In this document: positions 62,700-64,000 of the stretch, piece by piece
Layout: every line of letters begins with the position of its first letter
How positions within the stretch are numbered: position 1 is the first letter of the stretch
Assembly: GCA_045654165.1 (NCBI GenBank)
Contig: JAZOMV010000012.1
Location: 213 to 64,212 of the forward strand
Length of the DNA stretch: 64,000 nt
Direction: 5' to 3'
Source: Christensenellaceae bacterium
GTDB lineage: Bacteria; Bacillota; Clostridia; Christensenellales; Borkfalkiaceae
Translations under genes and position numbers: made by a program
Notes under the pieces: model-generated
The model's input: only the letters and a program-made list of their open reading frames with translations
The model's database searches: none
What the model was told of the DNA's origin: nothing

Positions 62700-62758
62700 G
62701 CGATTGAAAACCTTTTTAAAAAATATTTATTTTCAACGCTTTTACAGGGGTGTTTTTT

Positions 62759-63004
62759 ATGAGAATAGACAAGTTCTTAAAAGTTTCTCGCCTACTCAAG
62801 CGTAGGACTTTAGCACAAGAGGCTTGCGACGGGGGCAGAGTTAAAGTCAACGGCAAGTCGGCAAAACCTTCGCAAAAAATCAAGGTGGACGATATCGTGG
62901 AAATAGGCTTTAATAGTGGAACTGTAAAATTCCGTGTTTTAGCAATCAAGGAAACGGTAAGAAAAGAAGAAGCCGACGGGCTTTATCAAATTATTACGGA
63001 GTAA
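62759..63004 (+). CDS. S4-domain RNA-binding protein (Hsp15/YabO-like)
   Basis: I prefer the start at MRIDKFLKVSRLLKRRTLAQEACDGGRVKVNG (S4 motif), with a GGGGTG SD. Confidence 0.8.
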   Translation: MRIDKFLKVSRLLKRRTLAQEACDGGRVKVNGKSAKPSQKIKVDDIVEIGFNSGTVKFRVLAIKETVRKEEADGLYQIITE

Positions 63005-63007
63005 CTA

Positions 63008-64000
63008 ATGAAAGTATCTTTAATTTTGGCTTGCGCCGGCAAAGGCGAAAGGGCAGGCTTTGATAAAAATAAATTGTTAATAGAGCGAAACGGGAAAACC
63101 GTTTTGGAAACTACCCTTTCGGCTTTTATCAATAGTGGGAAAATAGACGAGTTTATTATTACTGCCAACCAAACGGATTTTGATTTAATAAAGTCGGTAG
63201 TCCCCGATTATTGCAAAGTCGTTTTGGGTGGTGCAACTCGCACCGATTCGGTAACCAACGCTTTGCAGTCCGTTACGGGCGAAATAGTTCTTATTCACGA
63301 CGGGGCAAGACCTTTCGTTTCCACACGCCTTATCGACGACTGCATTAACTCAGCCGTTAAAAAGGGTGGGTGCGTGCCCGTTATCCCCTGCCGTGATACT
63401 ATTTTGAAAGGGCAAGACCAAACTGCAACCGACTATCTTGGCAAGAGTGGTTTGTTTGCAGTTCAAACCCCACAAGCCTTTCAAACATCATTAATAAATC
63501 GTGCGTATGCGTGTGCGCGCGAGAAAACCTTTAACGACGACGGCGAAGTTTTCAAGACTTATATAGGCGACCTTGCTTTAGTCGACGGGGATTTTGATAA
63601 TATCAAATTGACTTTTAAAGAAGATTTTTTCGCACCCGAATATCGTTTCGGCACGGGGTTTGACTGTCACCGTTTAGTTGAGAATAGAAAACTTGTTTTG
63701 GGTGGCGTTCATATCCTACACGACAAGGGGCTTTTAGGACACTCTGACGCAGACGTTTTAACCCACGCAATTATGGACGCAATTTTATCGGCTTCGGCTA
63801 ACCGTGATATAGGCTACCATTTTAGCGATAAAGATCCACAATATAAAGACGCTGATAGTATGAAACTTTTAGAAAGAGTTATCGCAATGACCAAAGATTT
63901 GGGCTACACGGTAGATAGCGTTTCGGCAAGCATTATGGCAGAAAAGCCCAAACTATTAAAACATATCCCCACCATTACGGAAAGTCTTGCAAACGCTCTT
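63008..64000 (+). CDS. ispDF: bifunctional IspD/IspF (MEP cytidylyltransferase / MEcPP synthase), 3' end beyond the window
   Basis: Not in the ORF track because no stop falls in the window. Translation from ATG at 63008 reads MKVSLILACAGKGERAGF...VLIHDGARPF...QTPQAF (IspD). It continues in frame into GTGFDCHRL...GHSDADVLTHAIMDA (IspF). Confidence 0.9.
   Translation, partial: MKVSLILACAGKGERAGFDKNKLLIERNGKTVLETTLSAFINSGKIDEFIITANQTDFDLIKSVVPDYCKVVLGGATRTDSVTNALQSVTGEIVLIHDGARPFVSTRLIDDCINSAVKKGGCVPVIPCRDTILKGQDQTATDYLGKSGLFAVQTPQAFQTSLINRAYACAREKTFNDDGEVFKTYIGDLALVDGDFDNIKLTFKEDFFAPEYRFGTGFDCHRLVENRKLVLGGVHILHDKGLLGHSDADVLTHAIMDAILSASANRDIGYHFSDKDPQYKDADSMKLLERVIAMTKDLGYTVDSVSASIMAEKPKLLKHIPTITESLANAL

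Overview
AT-rich chromosomal segment from a Firmicutes/Clostridia-like bacterium. It is almost entirely conserved core genome, and most genes are on the minus strand. All calls come from reading the translations and recognising motifs by eye; no database search was run.

Gene content, in window order:
- gap (partial), an M29 aminopeptidase and fba.
- The yajC-tgt-queA-ruvBAC block, an HtrA-like protease, yebC and a TrmH-family methyltransferase.
- The infC-rpmI-rplT operon, with an ATT start on infC and an L20-leader-like attenuator.
- A membrane-anchored tandem-DUF1508 protein, DegV and an archaeal-type aspS.
- A putative glycolipid / galactofuranose locus: GT28, a UPF0104 flippase-like protein, GT4 and glf.
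- An operon joining two paralogous lipoproteins, a CpsD-type tyrosine kinase, a CpsB-type phosphatase, peptidase E and QueH.
- addBA.
- Surface proteins and peptidases: an unknown lipoprotein, a BspA-like LRR protein, and M1 and M23 peptidases.
- hup, then a small islet between hup and tuf: a decayed ornithine-cyclodeaminase-family pseudogene, an EamA transporter and an opine dehydrogenase.
- rpoB-rpoC-rpsL-rpsG-fusA-tuf, then an S4-domain protein and a fused ispDF that runs off the window end.

I found no rRNA, tRNA, CRISPR array, transposase, integrase or recognisable defence system.

I did not find a clear-cut novel multi-gene system. The observations most worth a second look are:
- an orphan BY-kinase/phosphatase operon with no Wzz/CpsC-type modulator;
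- two or three apparently leaderless genes sitting directly behind promoter elements;
- the opine-dehydrogenase islet with its gene remnant;
- an unusually long, structured rpsL-rpsG spacer;
- lineage-specific insertions in RpoB.
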